DNA of 64,000 nucleotides from an uncultured Acidobacteriaceae bacterium (lineage in GTDB: Bacteria; Acidobacteriota; Terriglobia; Terriglobales; Acidobacteriaceae), in the NCBI GenBank assembly GCA_963818935.1, contig CAWFUK010000022.1, positions 30,012 to 94,011 on the forward strand. The letters run 5' to 3'. Positions 19,236 through 29,622 of this stretch are shown here, piece after piece. Each line of letters opens with the position of its first letter. The stretch's first letter is position 1. The notes under the pieces were generated by a model. The model was given only the letters and a program-made list of their open reading frames with translations. It did not search any database and was not told the origin of the DNA. The position numbers and the translations under genes were made by a program.

Positions 19236-20324
19236 ATGAATTTGGGAGAAATTGGAAGTGTTTCTGCTTTGTCCGCCTTCCCCTCGAATCAACCGCAAGC
19301 GAATGAATGGAAAGGCGATTCGCCTGGAACGGCAGGCGGTCACCCTTCTGCCGACGACTTATTGCTCGACGCTTACTCGCGCGCGGTCACCGGCGCGGTC
19401 GAGCGGATCAGTCCTTCGGTAGTGAATATTGGGGTCCATTCGGCCTCTGGCCGCACCCGTTCGGGCGAAGCGCACGAGCGCCGCGGCGGAGGCTCGGGAT
19501 TTGTCTTCACGCCCGACGGATTGATTCTCACCAACAGCCATGTCGTGCACGACGCGCGCCGCATTGAGGTCACTCTGGCCGATGGGCGCCGCATGCCGGC
19601 CAGCGCCATCGGGGAAGACGCGGCCAGCGATCTGGCAGTCATCCGCATCGACGAGCCGCGCCTCGACGAGCCCAGCCTGACCGCGGCCACCCTGGGCGAC
19701 TCGCAGCAGCTTCGCGTGGGCCAGGTGGCGATCGCGATTGGCGCGCCCTATGGATTTCAATCCACAGTGACAGCCGGAGTAGTCAGCGCGCTGGGCCGCT
19801 CCCTGCGCTCGTATTCTGGACGCCTGATCGACGACGTCATTCAGACTGACGCCGCGCTGAATCCCGGCAACTCTGGAGGTCCGCTCGTCGATTCGGCAGG
19901 CCGCGTGATCGGAGTGAACACTGCAACCATTCTACCGGCGCAAGGAATCTGTTTCGCCATCGGCATCAACACGGCGAAGTTTGTGGCCAGCCGCCTGCTG
20001 CGCGATGGACGCATTCGCCGCAGCTATATCGGCGTTTCTGCACAGACCGTCCCGGTGCATCGCCGCGTGGTACGCTTTTATGATCTGCCCAAAGAGTCGG
20101 GCGCGCTGGTGTTGTCGGTCGAGGAGAATAGTCCGGCGAAGCGCGCAGGGCTGCGGGATGGAGATGTCATCGTGACGCTGGAAGGGCACCCGGTAGCCGG
20201 AGTCGACGATCTGCATCGTGTCCTCACCGAAGTCCGCATGGGCGTTGGTTGCGCGCTGACGGTGCTGCGGCAGACGCAGAAGCTGGAGTTGAGGATTGTG
20301 CCGGAAGAAGCAAAGACCACGTAG
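19236..20324 (+). CDS. HtrA/DegP-like S1C serine protease with one PDZ domain
   Basis: Triad contexts TNSHVV, DLAVIRI and GNSGGPL, plus C-terminal PDZ (SPAKRAGLRDGDVIV). The start is uncertain (19131 or 19236) and no clear signal peptide is present. Confidence 0.85.
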   Translation: MNLGEIGSVSALSAFPSNQPQANEWKGDSPGTAGGHPSADDLLLDAYSRAVTGAVERISPSVVNIGVHSASGRTRSGEAHERRGGGSGFVFTPDGLILTNSHVVHDARRIEVTLADGRRMPASAIGEDAASDLAVIRIDEPRLDEPSLTAATLGDSQQLRVGQVAIAIGAPYGFQSTVTAGVVSALGRSLRSYSGRLIDDVIQTDAALNPGNSGGPLVDSAGRVIGVNTATILPAQGICFAIGINTAKFVASRLLRDGRIRRSYIGVSAQTVPVHRRVVRFYDLPKESGALVLSVEENSPAKRAGLRDGDVIVTLEGHPVAGVDDLHRVLTEVRMGVGCALTVLRQTQKLELRIVPEEAKTT

Positions 20325-20426
20325 CGGTGGACGCCTTCGTCCGCGCCGACATTCTGTGGCGCGCGGCACTCCCCTCATTGCAACCCCCTTCCCGCCCGTG
20401 TTAGCCTCTAACCGAAGGGGATCACT

Positions 20427-21290
20427 TTGCAGCACAAAGTTCCCGCCGGACTGGATCGCAAGGAAGCGGACGTCTACCGGCATCTGGATCCAGAGCGGCT
20501 CCCGAAACACATCGCCATCATCATGGACGGCAACGGGCGCTGGGCCAAGCGGCGTCACATGCCGCGTGTGGCCGGACATCGCGCCGGAGTTGCGGCGGTG
20601 CGCTCGACAGTCGAGACCGCGGCGCGCATCGGCATTCATGCGCTCACCCTCTACGCATTTTCGGAAGAGAATTGGAAGAAGCGTCCCAAGAGCGAGGTCG
20701 ATTTCCTGATGCGCCTGCTGAGCCGTTATTTAAAGGCCGAAGTGCCGACGCTGAACGACAACAATATTCGTCTCGAATATATCGGGCGGCAGCAGCAGTT
20801 GCCGGAAGATGTGCAAGAGCGCATGGAATGGGCGCGTCAGGCGACGGCGCAAAATACCGGCACAGTGCTCACGCTGGCGCTGAACTATAGCGCGCGCAGT
20901 GAGATAGTGGATGCGTTCCGCTCCATGGTGGAATCGGCGACACAGAATGGGGGCATCGAGCACCTGCAGATTGACGAGGAAACCGTTGGCCAGCATCTGT
21001 ACACGCGAAACTTGCCCGATCCCGACCTGGTCGTGCGCACCTCCGGCGAGATGCGGCTGAGTAATTTCCTGCTCTGGCAGTTGGCCTACGCCGAGATTTA
21101 TGTGACGCCAACCCTATGGCCCGATTTTCGCGGCGTGCATTTGCTCGAAGCCATCGCCGAGTATCAGAAGCGGGAGCGGCGTTACGGTGGGCTGAACCAT
21201 AATTCGCTCGACCATGGCGGTTCTCATCATCATGCGTCAGAAACGGACGAACCGCATGCAGAAGCCGTCACTATAAAGACACACAAATAA
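20427..21290 (+). CDS. uppS: Isoprenyl transferase (undecaprenyl-diphosphate synthase)
   Basis: IAIIMDGNGRWAK and RTSGEMRLSNFLLWQLAYAE. Confidence 0.9.
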   Translation: MQHKVPAGLDRKEADVYRHLDPERLPKHIAIIMDGNGRWAKRRHMPRVAGHRAGVAAVRSTVETAARIGIHALTLYAFSEENWKKRPKSEVDFLMRLLSRYLKAEVPTLNDNNIRLEYIGRQQQLPEDVQERMEWARQATAQNTGTVLTLALNYSARSEIVDAFRSMVESATQNGGIEHLQIDEETVGQHLYTRNLPDPDLVVRTSGEMRLSNFLLWQLAYAEIYVTPTLWPDFRGVHLLEAIAEYQKRERRYGGLNHNSLDHGGSHHHASETDEPHAEAVTIKTHK

Positions 21291-21315
21291 CTCCATCCCC
21301 AAAGGCAGATCAGCT

Positions 21316-22212
21316 TTGCTGAAACGCATTGCGACCGCGGTTGTCCTCATCCCGATTGTGATGCTGCTGGTGCTGCGCGCCCCCGTGCCGCTTGTGGCCG
21401 TGGTAGTGGCAGGCGTGGCGCTGCTCACGGTGCAGGAATTTCTCAAGCTTACCGAATCCTATGGCGTGCAACCGTTGCGTCTTCCTACTTATGGTTTCTT
21501 CGGGTTGTTTTTTCTTTTGCTGATCGCGCTCACAGCGGTAGAAACGCCGCAATTATCTTCGCTGAAATTTGTCCTCGGATTGGCATTCGCGTGCGCGCTG
21601 GCTCCATTTCTTTTTTTGACGATTGCCATGCGCCGGGCACAGTTGAGCAGTGGGTATCCAGCAGCCGCTGCGTCGTCGTTTGCCTTTGTCTATATTGCCG
21701 TTCCCATGGCGATGCTGGTGGAATTGCGGCTGCAATGGGCCGGAGCGTTTTGGCTGCTCTACTTGCTACTGGTGGTTTGGGCGGGAGATATTTTCGCGTA
21801 CTTTGTAGGAAAGTCGCTGGGCCGGCACTTGATGTCGCCGCGCATCAGCCCCAAGAAAACCTGGGAGGGAACGGCCGCGTCGCTGGCTGCGAGCCTGGTC
21901 GTGGGCAGCCTGCTTTTCACCTATTCGCTACAGATCAGTTCGTTTCTTTTGCGCGTGGGCCTGATCCAGCGCCGGGACGGCCTGTTTGGACTGGAAAAGC
22001 CTGAGCTGTGGCCTATCGTCTTATTGACGATTGGGCTGAACGTCGCGGCGCAACTCGGCGATCTGGTGGAATCTTTGATCAAGCGCGGGGCCGGAGTGAA
22101 AGATTCGGGCAGCATTTTGCCGGGCCACGGCGGCATGCTGGATCGCATCGATGCGCTGCTCTTTGCCGCCCCGGTGCTGTGGTTCTATGCGATCTGGCGC
22201 GCACTCCAATGA
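21316..22212 (+). CDS. cdsA: Phosphatidate cytidylyltransferase
   Basis: Multi-TM protein with SLIKRGAGVKDSGSILPGHGGMLDRIDALLF. Confidence 0.85.
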   Translation: MLKRIATAVVLIPIVMLLVLRAPVPLVAVVVAGVALLTVQEFLKLTESYGVQPLRLPTYGFFGLFFLLLIALTAVETPQLSSLKFVLGLAFACALAPFLFLTIAMRRAQLSSGYPAAAASSFAFVYIAVPMAMLVELRLQWAGAFWLLYLLLVVWAGDIFAYFVGKSLGRHLMSPRISPKKTWEGTAASLAASLVVGSLLFTYSLQISSFLLRVGLIQRRDGLFGLEKPELWPIVLLTIGLNVAAQLGDLVESLIKRGAGVKDSGSILPGHGGMLDRIDALLFAAPVLWFYAIWRALQ

Positions 22213-22271
22213 CCTGCCTTCCCCTTCCCCGGCGGACGAATCAAAAGCGCGTAAAATAGACTTCACTCTTC

Positions 22272-23471
22272 ATGAAACGCATCGCCATCCTGGGTTCCAC
22301 CGGATCGATCGGCCGCAGCACGCTGAGCGTGGCGGAGTCCTATCCCGACCGCTTTCAGATTGTCGCGCTGGCTGCGGGAGCAAACGTGGAGGCGGCCTTC
22401 GAGCAGGCCCGGCGCTGGCAGCCACGCATACTTTCGATTGCGGCTGAGGCCGATGCGGACGTCCTGCGTGCTCGCCTGAAGCAAGCTGGCCTCGTCGAAA
22501 TCGAAGTTGTTTACGGCGCGGCTGGAACCGTACAGGTCGCGACCCTCCCAGAAGCCGATTTCGTTGTCAGCGCCATCGTTGGTGTGGCTGGGCTTGAGGC
22601 CACTTACGAAGCAGTGAAAGCCGGAAAGACGGTTGGCGTCGCCAACAAAGAATGCCTCGTCGCGGCCGGCGAGTTGATTACGGCTGAAGCGCGACGCCAA
22701 GGCAAGCCCCTATTGCCCATCGACAGCGAACACAATGCCGTCCACCAGTGCCTGCGCGGCGGCCGAATGGAGGAAGTCGAGCGTATCTGGCTCACTGCCT
22801 CCGGCGGGCCGTTTCTGAAGACCCCGCTCTCAGAATTCAGCTCCATCACTGTCGAGCAGGCCTTGAATCATCCCACCTGGAAGATGGGCAAACGAATCAC
22901 CATTGACTCGGCGACGCTCATGAACAAAGGCTTTGAGGTGATCGAGGCCTGCCGGCTATTCAATGTGCCGCCGGCCAAAGTGGATGTTCTTGTGCATCCG
23001 CAGTCGACCATTCACTCCATGGTGGAATTCATCGATGGCAGCATCCTGGCGCAGTTTTCGGTGACCGATATGCGTCTGCCCATCTTGTACGCCCTAACAT
23101 ATCCCGAGCGAATTGCGTCGGAGATGCGCTTTTCCGTTAGTAACCTGCGTCATCTGGACTTCTGCTCTCCCGACATGAAAAAATTTCCTTGTCTCCGTTT
23201 GGCATATGAAGCGGTAGAGGCGGGAGGGGCGAAAACTGTGGCCCTGAATGCCGCCGATGAAGTCGCGGTAGCCGCGTTTCTCCAGGGCAGCATTGCTTTC
23301 GATCAGATTCCCAGAATCATCGAAGAGACGGTTTCCGCATCTAATTCGGGGAAGCTGGAGTCCATTGCCAAAGTGCTTGAAGCCGATGCCGAAGCCCGCC
23401 GATATGCGGAAGGCCGGGCGGCGGCTGTAAGAAAGAAAGCCGGACGACCGCGGGCGACATCCGTAGTCTAG
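22272..23471 (+). CDS. dxr: 1-deoxy-D-xylulose-5-phosphate reductoisomerase
   Basis: ILGSTGSIGRSTL, ANKECLV and NHPTWKMGKRITIDSATLMNKG. Confidence 0.93.
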   Translation: MKRIAILGSTGSIGRSTLSVAESYPDRFQIVALAAGANVEAAFEQARRWQPRILSIAAEADADVLRARLKQAGLVEIEVVYGAAGTVQVATLPEADFVVSAIVGVAGLEATYEAVKAGKTVGVANKECLVAAGELITAEARRQGKPLLPIDSEHNAVHQCLRGGRMEEVERIWLTASGGPFLKTPLSEFSSITVEQALNHPTWKMGKRITIDSATLMNKGFEVIEACRLFNVPPAKVDVLVHPQSTIHSMVEFIDGSILAQFSVTDMRLPILYALTYPERIASEMRFSVSNLRHLDFCSPDMKKFPCLRLAYEAVEAGGAKTVALNAADEVAVAAFLQGSIAFDQIPRIIEETVSASNSGKLESIAKVLEADAEARRYAEGRAAAVRKKAGRPRATSVV

Positions 23472-23512
23472 TAAGCTGAATCTAATGGGGGAGCTGTTTA
23501 CGTACCTTCTAT

Positions 23513-24859
23513 ATGTCTGATTTCCTGATCTCCGTCGCCGCCGTCGCCGTGGTCCTGGGCTTCATGATCCTGATCCACGAGTTCGGCCATTACGCCGTGG
23601 CCAAGCTGCTGGGAGTGCGCGTGGAGCAGTTCGCCATTGGTTTCGGCAAGCGACTGGTGGGCTTTCGCCGCGGAGGAACCGATTACCGCATCAACGCCCT
23701 GCCTCTCGGCGGCTACGTGAAAATGAGCGGCGAGAATCCCATGGACGAGCGCACCGGTGATCCGGGCGAATTCATGTCGCATCCCCGCTGGCATCGTTTT
23801 CTGATCGCCATCGCCGGCCCGACGATGAACATCCTGCTGGCCATCTTCCTGCTCACCGCGGTTTACATGATCCATTATGAATACCCGGTGTTTCTGGATA
23901 AGCCGGCTGTGATTGAAGGGGTCAAGAAAGACTCCCCCGCAGCCAACGCCGGCTTGCAGCCGGGGGATCGGGTCGTGAAAGTCGATGGCATTGACAACCC
24001 GACCTGGGAACAGCTTCAGCCTCGGGTGTGGCTGAGCGCCAATCAACCGCTGACAGTCACGATTCAGCGAGGAGACCAGGTCTTTCAGAAGACAATTGTG
24101 CCCCAGGCTGTGACTTCCTCCGAAGTCGGCTCCGCAGGATGGTTTCCGGCCGAGCCGGTTGTGGTCGGCCGCATCGAGCCCGGAACGCCCGCAGCCAAGG
24201 CGGGCATTAAGGAAGACGATCGAATCGTAGCCATGGATGGCGAGAGTCTGCCTTCCATCGAAAGCATGATCGAACGCCTCCAGGAAACCAAGGATAAGGC
24301 CGTCGACCTCACCGTGATCCGTGGTAATCAAAGCCTTAATTTCCACCTGACCCCGGTGCTCTCGGCCACGGAAGATCCGAAAGAGCAGAGGTATCGCCTG
24401 GGATTTCTAAACAAGAGCGAGACCAAGGTCACTACATTGCCGTTCGCTCAGGCGCTGAGCTTGTCGCTCGATCAGAACAAAAAATATTCGCTGCTGATAC
24501 TGGAACTGGCGAAGAAGCTGATTCAGGGTAAGGTTTCGCCCCGCATGGTCTCCGGCCCGATCGGCATCGCGCAAGACGCCGGTTACGCCGCCCAACAAAA
24601 GGGCTGGACCCCGCTCATGGAATTAACCGCGGGAATCAGCCTGAATCTGGGCATTTTCAACCTGTTGCCCATCCCCATTCTCGATGGTGGTGTGATCCTG
24701 TTTCTTCTGATTGAAGGGCTGATGCGCCGCGACGTCAGCTTGCGCATCAAGGAGCGCGTCTACCAGGCGGCTTTCGTCTTTCTGGTACTGTTCGCGGTAA
24801 TGGTTATTTATAACGACTTGATGAAGACGCTGCCGGGGCTGAGGGATCGCCTGCCCTAG
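23513..24859 (+). CDS. rseP: RIP metalloprotease RseP (site-2 protease)
   Basis: HEFGHY, two PDZ-like segments and NLLPIPILDGG. Confidence 0.9.
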   Translation: MSDFLISVAAVAVVLGFMILIHEFGHYAVAKLLGVRVEQFAIGFGKRLVGFRRGGTDYRINALPLGGYVKMSGENPMDERTGDPGEFMSHPRWHRFLIAIAGPTMNILLAIFLLTAVYMIHYEYPVFLDKPAVIEGVKKDSPAANAGLQPGDRVVKVDGIDNPTWEQLQPRVWLSANQPLTVTIQRGDQVFQKTIVPQAVTSSEVGSAGWFPAEPVVVGRIEPGTPAAKAGIKEDDRIVAMDGESLPSIESMIERLQETKDKAVDLTVIRGNQSLNFHLTPVLSATEDPKEQRYRLGFLNKSETKVTTLPFAQALSLSLDQNKKYSLLILELAKKLIQGKVSPRMVSGPIGIAQDAGYAAQQKGWTPLMELTAGISLNLGIFNLLPIPILDGGVILFLLIEGLMRRDVSLRIKERVYQAAFVFLVLFAVMVIYNDLMKTLPGLRDRLP

Positions 24860-25120
24860 TCAGCGCACTCCCTCAACCAGAAACAAGTCCGACAGCTCTC
24901 GATCGAACGAGTAGGCATAGGCCTTGCCGTCGGCCGTCATGCGCACGCTCACGACTGCCGTTACTCCGGCCGGATCGCTCGGGATCAGCATTTTGACTTG
25001 CTCTCTCTTTCCCGTAGCCAGATCGAGTTTGAACACCGGGGCCGATGTTTTGTCGTCGTGAAAGACATAGGCCGAGCTCCCATCGGTCGACCAATTGATC
25101 CAGATATTTCCGGCACCCAT
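24860..25120 (-). CDS. C-terminal propeller blade of the kinase, displaced into another frame by a 1-nt break near 25120-25130
   Basis: GAGNIWINWSTDGSSAYVF...MTADGKAYAYSFDRELSDLFLVEGVR is the usual end of kinase-TolB fusions and abuts the point where the main ORF loses sense. Confidence 0.7.
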   Translation of the reverse strand: MGAGNIWINWSTDGSSAYVFHDDKTSAPVFKLDLATGKREQVKMLIPSDPAGVTAVVSVRMTADGKAYAYSFDRELSDLFLVEGVR

Positions 25121-27453
25121 CCCGGAATCGGCCGGGCTTCACCTCCCGCGAGAGGATAGATCTCGCCCTTGCCGTTCACACCGCGCGCGAAAATGAACTT
25201 ACCATCGGGAGAAACCAGGTGCGATTCAAAATGTGCTGTCGCCACTGAAATTACGGGCGTAACCGCGCGCTCGGGGCTCCCGGAAACGTCCTGGAGATAC
25301 ATCCGCCATCCGTGGCCATCATTGCCCGCAAAATAAACCGATTTTCCATCTGGCATGAAGCCGCGGGCTCCGGTTTGTTGCATTTTGTCGTCCAGTTTCT
25401 GAATTTCTCCTACGCCAGTTGGTAACAAGGCTTTTCCACCTACACCTACGGAGTTGGCATACGACGCCAGCACTCGCGTACCGTCGGGGGAAAGAACCGG
25501 CAACCACCATGGACCCAGCTTCACTGCGGGTGATCCATCGGTCTTTCGCAAGTAGGCCAGCGATGCAGCGCCAGCCGCTTGTCCCCAGTCGTCGAACGTA
25601 ACTTCAGAGCCGTCGGTCGAGAGATCACGCAAGGCCGCATAATCAAGCCATGCCAGATCCCGCTCTTTGTTGTCGCCCGCTCCTTTGAATTGCAAGCCAC
25701 TCCGCCAGGACTCTCTCGTCAAAAGAATCCGTCCGTCACTCGACACATCGTGCAGACGAAGCATGCCGGGCAGCCGGATCACAATTCGATCTTTGTGTTT
25801 GCCCTTCAAATCGAAGGCATGAATCGCATCCGACCAACCCGCAACCATGGTCTCGCCAGCCCACACTTCTTCCCCGGACGGAGGCCATGCCACGCCTTCC
25901 AGGCTCGTGAGAATCGGCGAGCGCAGCAGCTCTTTCCCGGTGCGATCGACTGCGACCACCCAGCCGCCATCGCCATCGATGCTCACGAATTCTCCGAACG
26001 CGACCGCGTTTCCCTTGGGCGAGATGCGCAAGTATCCCAGCGGACGGTCGCTTTCGTAAATCACCTTCCCGCGCGGAAATTCCACGCGATATTTTCCCGC
26101 TACCTGGCGGATCACGGCCATCTGGCTGGCATCGGCCGTCCAATCGGCGGAGAGCGCATCTTCTACAATTTCGCGTGGCGCTCCGCCAGCCACCGGAACC
26201 AATCCCAAGGTGCCCTGGCAGTTTCCGATATATCGATCTTTGCAGCCCAGCGAAATCGCCATCTCGGAGCTGGACACGGCGAACAAAGTCGAGTTGAGAA
26301 GATTCAGCGACCGTGATTCCGGGCTGTCCGGGACAGTTGAATAAAGTTGAACCGGCTGCCCGTTCCAACTCGCGCTGTAATAAATCGAACGGCCATCCGG
26401 CGCAAAGCGAGCTGCATAGACGAGACCGCGCTCGAAGGTAAGTTGATGGTAGATCGGAAAACCACTTGCAGCGGCGCCTCGACCTAATATCCAGCTGCCA
26501 GCCCCAACGAGCATAAGCAGAAGCACAGCGGCCGCGATCGGCAAGACTCGGCTACGGCGCGGGCTCTGCGGGCTTACCGCTGCTTGGGCGGTTGTGGAAG
26601 AAATTCCAGAGACGCCTTCCAGATTGAAAGCTAAGTCCCGCGCCGATTGAAAACGCTGTAACGGCTTTTTCTCCAGACAGCGCCGCACAATGCGGTCCAT
26701 GGCCGGCGAGATTTGTTTTCCTGTCGTGCTCAACTCCGGCGGATCTTCTTTCAGGATCGCTGTCATCGTCTCAGCGGAAGTATCGCGGCGGAAGGCGCGC
26801 TGGCCGGAAAGCATCTCGTACAGAATCGTTCCCAGGGCAAAAATGTCCGAGCGGGCATCGGTGGCCTCGCCCTTCACTTGCTCGGGAGACATATATCCCA
26901 CTGTACCCAGAACCACGCCAGCGGAAGTTGGAACTGCCTCGACGGTTGCACCTTGGTCCGATGCAGCTTCGGGCCGGGCCAATTTGGCGAGGCCGAAGTC
27001 GAGAATCTTTACCCGGCCATCGCGCGTAACAAAAATGTTTTCCGGCTTCAGATCGCGATGGATGATTCCTTTGTCGTGCGCTGCGGCCAGTCCCTGCGCG
27101 ATCTCTGTGCCGTACTCAATCGCTCGCCGGAGGGGCAGCGCGCCCCCACTCAATTCCTGGCGCAGCGATTGACCCTCCAGGCACTCCGACACCAGATACG
27201 GTGCGCCATCGTGCGTGCCGATGTCGTGGATCGAGAGAATGTTGGGATGGTTGAGCGCCGCGACCGCGCGCGCTTCGGTTTCGAATCGCCGCAGCCGCTC
27301 TACATCTCGGGCCATCGCCGCGGGAAGTACCTTAATGGCCACATCGCGGCCGAGCCTGCTATCTCGCGCGCGGTAGACCTCGCCCATGCCGCCCGCACCC
27401 AGCGGCGCGATGATTTCATAGGGGCCGATCTTCGTGCCAGCAGCCAGCGTCAT
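24985..27453 (-). CDS. Hanks-type Ser/Thr protein kinase fused to a TM segment and a TolB-like beta-propeller; the last roughly 40 codons of this ORF are out of frame
   Basis: GAGGMGEVYRA, VAIKVL, HRDLKPENI, DFGLAK and GTVGYMSPE. The C-terminal half has WD40/TolB-like repeats (SPDG...). The tail WVPEISGSIGRPMGARPMSF... looks like non-native sequence. Confidence 0.88.
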   Translation of the reverse strand: MTLAAGTKIGPYEIIAPLGAGGMGEVYRARDSRLGRDVAIKVLPAAMARDVERLRRFETEARAVAALNHPNILSIHDIGTHDGAPYLVSECLEGQSLRQELSGGALPLRRAIEYGTEIAQGLAAAHDKGIIHRDLKPENIFVTRDGRVKILDFGLAKLARPEAASDQGATVEAVPTSAGVVLGTVGYMSPEQVKGEATDARSDIFALGTILYEMLSGQRAFRRDTSAETMTAILKEDPPELSTTGKQISPAMDRIVRRCLEKKPLQRFQSARDLAFNLEGVSGISSTTAQAAVSPQSPRRSRVLPIAAAVLLLMLVGAGSWILGRGAAASGFPIYHQLTFERGLVYAARFAPDGRSIYYSASWNGQPVQLYSTVPDSPESRSLNLLNSTLFAVSSSEMAISLGCKDRYIGNCQGTLGLVPVAGGAPREIVEDALSADWTADASQMAVIRQVAGKYRVEFPRGKVIYESDRPLGYLRISPKGNAVAFGEFVSIDGDGGWVVAVDRTGKELLRSPILTSLEGVAWPPSGEEVWAGETMVAGWSDAIHAFDLKGKHKDRIVIRLPGMLRLHDVSSDGRILLTRESWRSGLQFKGAGDNKERDLAWLDYAALRDLSTDGSEVTFDDWGQAAGAASLAYLRKTDGSPAVKLGPWWLPVLSPDGTRVLASYANSVGVGGKALLPTGVGEIQKLDDKMQQTGARGFMPDGKSVYFAGNDGHGWRMYLQDVSGSPERAVTPVISVATAHFESHLVSPDGKFIFARGVNGKGEIYPLAGGEARPIPGWVPEISGSIGRPMGARPMSFTTTKHRPRCSNSIWLRERESKSKC

Positions 27454-27644
27454 GAGTGTGCGCCATTATAGCCTGAGCGATCGGTACGAGCCGGCGTCAA
27501 GCGATTCGCCCGCTAAATACCTCGCTTGGGATTATGATTCCTTGCAGATTGTGGAGCAACCGAGCAAAGCGATGCTGTGGTTTATGCACTTGCATGGTTC
27601 CTGGCGATTCAGATGTTTCGGAGGGTCCGAGATGGGGTGATGCG

Positions 27645-28586
27645 ATGAGCCACACTTCTGAAATTCGTTGGGCCGCCGATCCACCGCGCTATAACTTCTT
27701 AAAAGGCCCCAACGGCCTACGCGCTGGATGGCGCCTGCTGATTTTCTACGCCATTTTGCTACCCACGGGCTATGGTACGTACCGCATCGTTGACGGCGCT
27801 ATTAACCGGCTACACGCGGATTACAACTCTCCTCTGATCGCCATCGTCTCAACGGCGGCCCTTGATCTCGTTGTCCTTCTGGTCAGCTCGATCATGGGAA
27901 AAATGGAAGGCCGAACTCTCGGGGATTATGGCCTGCCGTGGCGGCGAGCGTTCTGCAAGCAGTTCTGGCAAGGCGCGGCCGTCAGCCTGGTTTCACTCGC
28001 AACTTTACTCTTTGCGCTGCGCCTGGCCGGAGCTCTTTCCTTCAGTTCGCTGGCGCTGCATGGGGCCTACATCTGGAAATACGCAGCCTCATGGGCAGTG
28101 ATGTTCTTCCTGGTTGCGCTTCTTGAAGATTCCGTCTACCGCGGCTATCTTTTATTCACACTCACCGCCGGGATCGGCTTCTGGCCGGCAGCAGTCGTCA
28201 CTTCGCTTTGGATGGGCGGCATGCACTTCCTCAATCCGGGCGGCCATGGCCTCGGACCGGTCATTACCACGGTGTACTGTTTGGTGACTTGCCTGGTCAT
28301 CAGAAGGACCGGCGATCTCTGGATGCCGCTCGGCATTCACGCGGCATGGGACTGGGCCATTATTTTCGTTGGTGTCCCCTCCGGCGGACAAATGGAAAAA
28401 CACCACCTGTTCAATACCCAGCTTCACGGTCCCACGTGGCTCACCGGCGGAACCTACGGGCCGGAAGCGAGCTGGCCCAATCTCGTATTGCTCATCACTT
28501 GGGGAATCTTCTTCTCGTTGTGGTTACACGGAGTAAAATACCCGAATCCGGCCGCGGTTCAGGTGCGAGTTTCCAATGAAAGATAG
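27645..28586 (+). CDS. CPBP-family intramembrane glutamic endopeptidase (CAAX protease/Abi family), paralogue 1
   Basis: Multi-TM protein with LLEDSVYRGYL (EExxxR-like), MGGMHFLN and GIHAAWDW motifs. Confidence 0.8.
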   Translation: MSHTSEIRWAADPPRYNFLKGPNGLRAGWRLLIFYAILLPTGYGTYRIVDGAINRLHADYNSPLIAIVSTAALDLVVLLVSSIMGKMEGRTLGDYGLPWRRAFCKQFWQGAAVSLVSLATLLFALRLAGALSFSSLALHGAYIWKYAASWAVMFFLVALLEDSVYRGYLLFTLTAGIGFWPAAVVTSLWMGGMHFLNPGGHGLGPVITTVYCLVTCLVIRRTGDLWMPLGIHAAWDWAIIFVGVPSGGQMEKHHLFNTQLHGPTWLTGGTYGPEASWPNLVLLITWGIFFSLWLHGVKYPNPAAVQVRVSNER

Positions 28587-29511
28587 CCCTGTAGATATTC
28601 TGACCGCCGAATCCCCTCGCTATAACTTTCTAAAAGGGCCTAACGGCCTGCGCGCCGGATGGCGCCTGCTGATTTTCTTCGCCCTCTTCGTACCCACTCT
28701 TATTGGCGTAGGCCGGATCATCGATGCGCTCACTAGCCGGCTGCATGCGGATACTTCCACTCCGCTGGGCGGTCTAGTCTCGATGGGCCCGTTCGCCGTC
28801 GCCATTCTGCTGCTGAGTTGGATCATGGCGAAGATCGAAGGCCGCAGCCTTGGCGATTATGGCTTGCCGTGGCGGCGAACCTTCTGCAAGCAGTTCTGGC
28901 AGGGAGCAGTCATCAGCTTCGCGTCGTTTACCGCCCTGCTGCTTGTGCTGCGACTTGCCGGAGCTTTTTCTTTCGGCCCCTTGGCGCTCGAGGGGCCAGA
29001 TGTGATGAAATATGCGCTCCTCTGGGCCGTCCCGCTTTTCCTGGCCGCGTTGTTGGAAGACTTCTTTTACCGCGGCTACCTGCTCTTCACCTTGACCACC
29101 GGCATCGGCTTTTGGCCGGCGGCGGTAATCACTTCCCTTTGGATGGGCGGCATGCACTACCTCAATCCCGGCGGGCACGGCCTTGGCCCGGTCGCGGCCA
29201 CAATGTATTGCATGGTGACTTGCCTGGTCTTAAGACGAACCGGCGATCTGTGGATGCCGCTCGGCATCCACGCCGCGTGGGGTTGGGGCGAGCTATATTT
29301 CTACGGCACGCCGTCCAGCGGATTTCCGAGCGTAGGACATCTCTTGAATGGCAGCTTCCACGGCCCGGCGTGGCTTACCGGCGGGGCTTTTGGTCCGGAG
29401 GCGGGCGTACCCAACCTGATACTGCTCGTCATCTGGTGGTTCGTCTTCTCGGCTTGGCTGCGTGGCGTGAAGTACCCGAACCCGGCGGCAATCCCGGATC
29501 CTCGCCGTTAA
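28576..29511 (+). CDS. CPBP-family intramembrane glutamic endopeptidase, paralogue 2
   Basis: Roughly 70 percent identical by eye to the upstream gene (PRYNFLKGPNGLRAGWRLLIF, LLEDFFYRGYL, MGGMHYLN, GIHAAWGW). It overlaps that gene by 11 nt. Confidence 0.8.
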   Translation: MKDSPVDILTAESPRYNFLKGPNGLRAGWRLLIFFALFVPTLIGVGRIIDALTSRLHADTSTPLGGLVSMGPFAVAILLLSWIMAKIEGRSLGDYGLPWRRTFCKQFWQGAVISFASFTALLLVLRLAGAFSFGPLALEGPDVMKYALLWAVPLFLAALLEDFFYRGYLLFTLTTGIGFWPAAVITSLWMGGMHYLNPGGHGLGPVAATMYCMVTCLVLRRTGDLWMPLGIHAAWGWGELYFYGTPSSGFPSVGHLLNGSFHGPAWLTGGAFGPEAGVPNLILLVIWWFVFSAWLRGVKYPNPAAIPDPRR

Positions 29512-29622
29512 CTCCGTGCCTTCATGGTCGCTAGACTCAAACTCTTTTCGCAAGACTTAGAATGTTTCCTTCCTTCTGCGAAACGAAGCGCGCTGTTCTC
29601 TCACTACTTAAAAGGGGCATCC

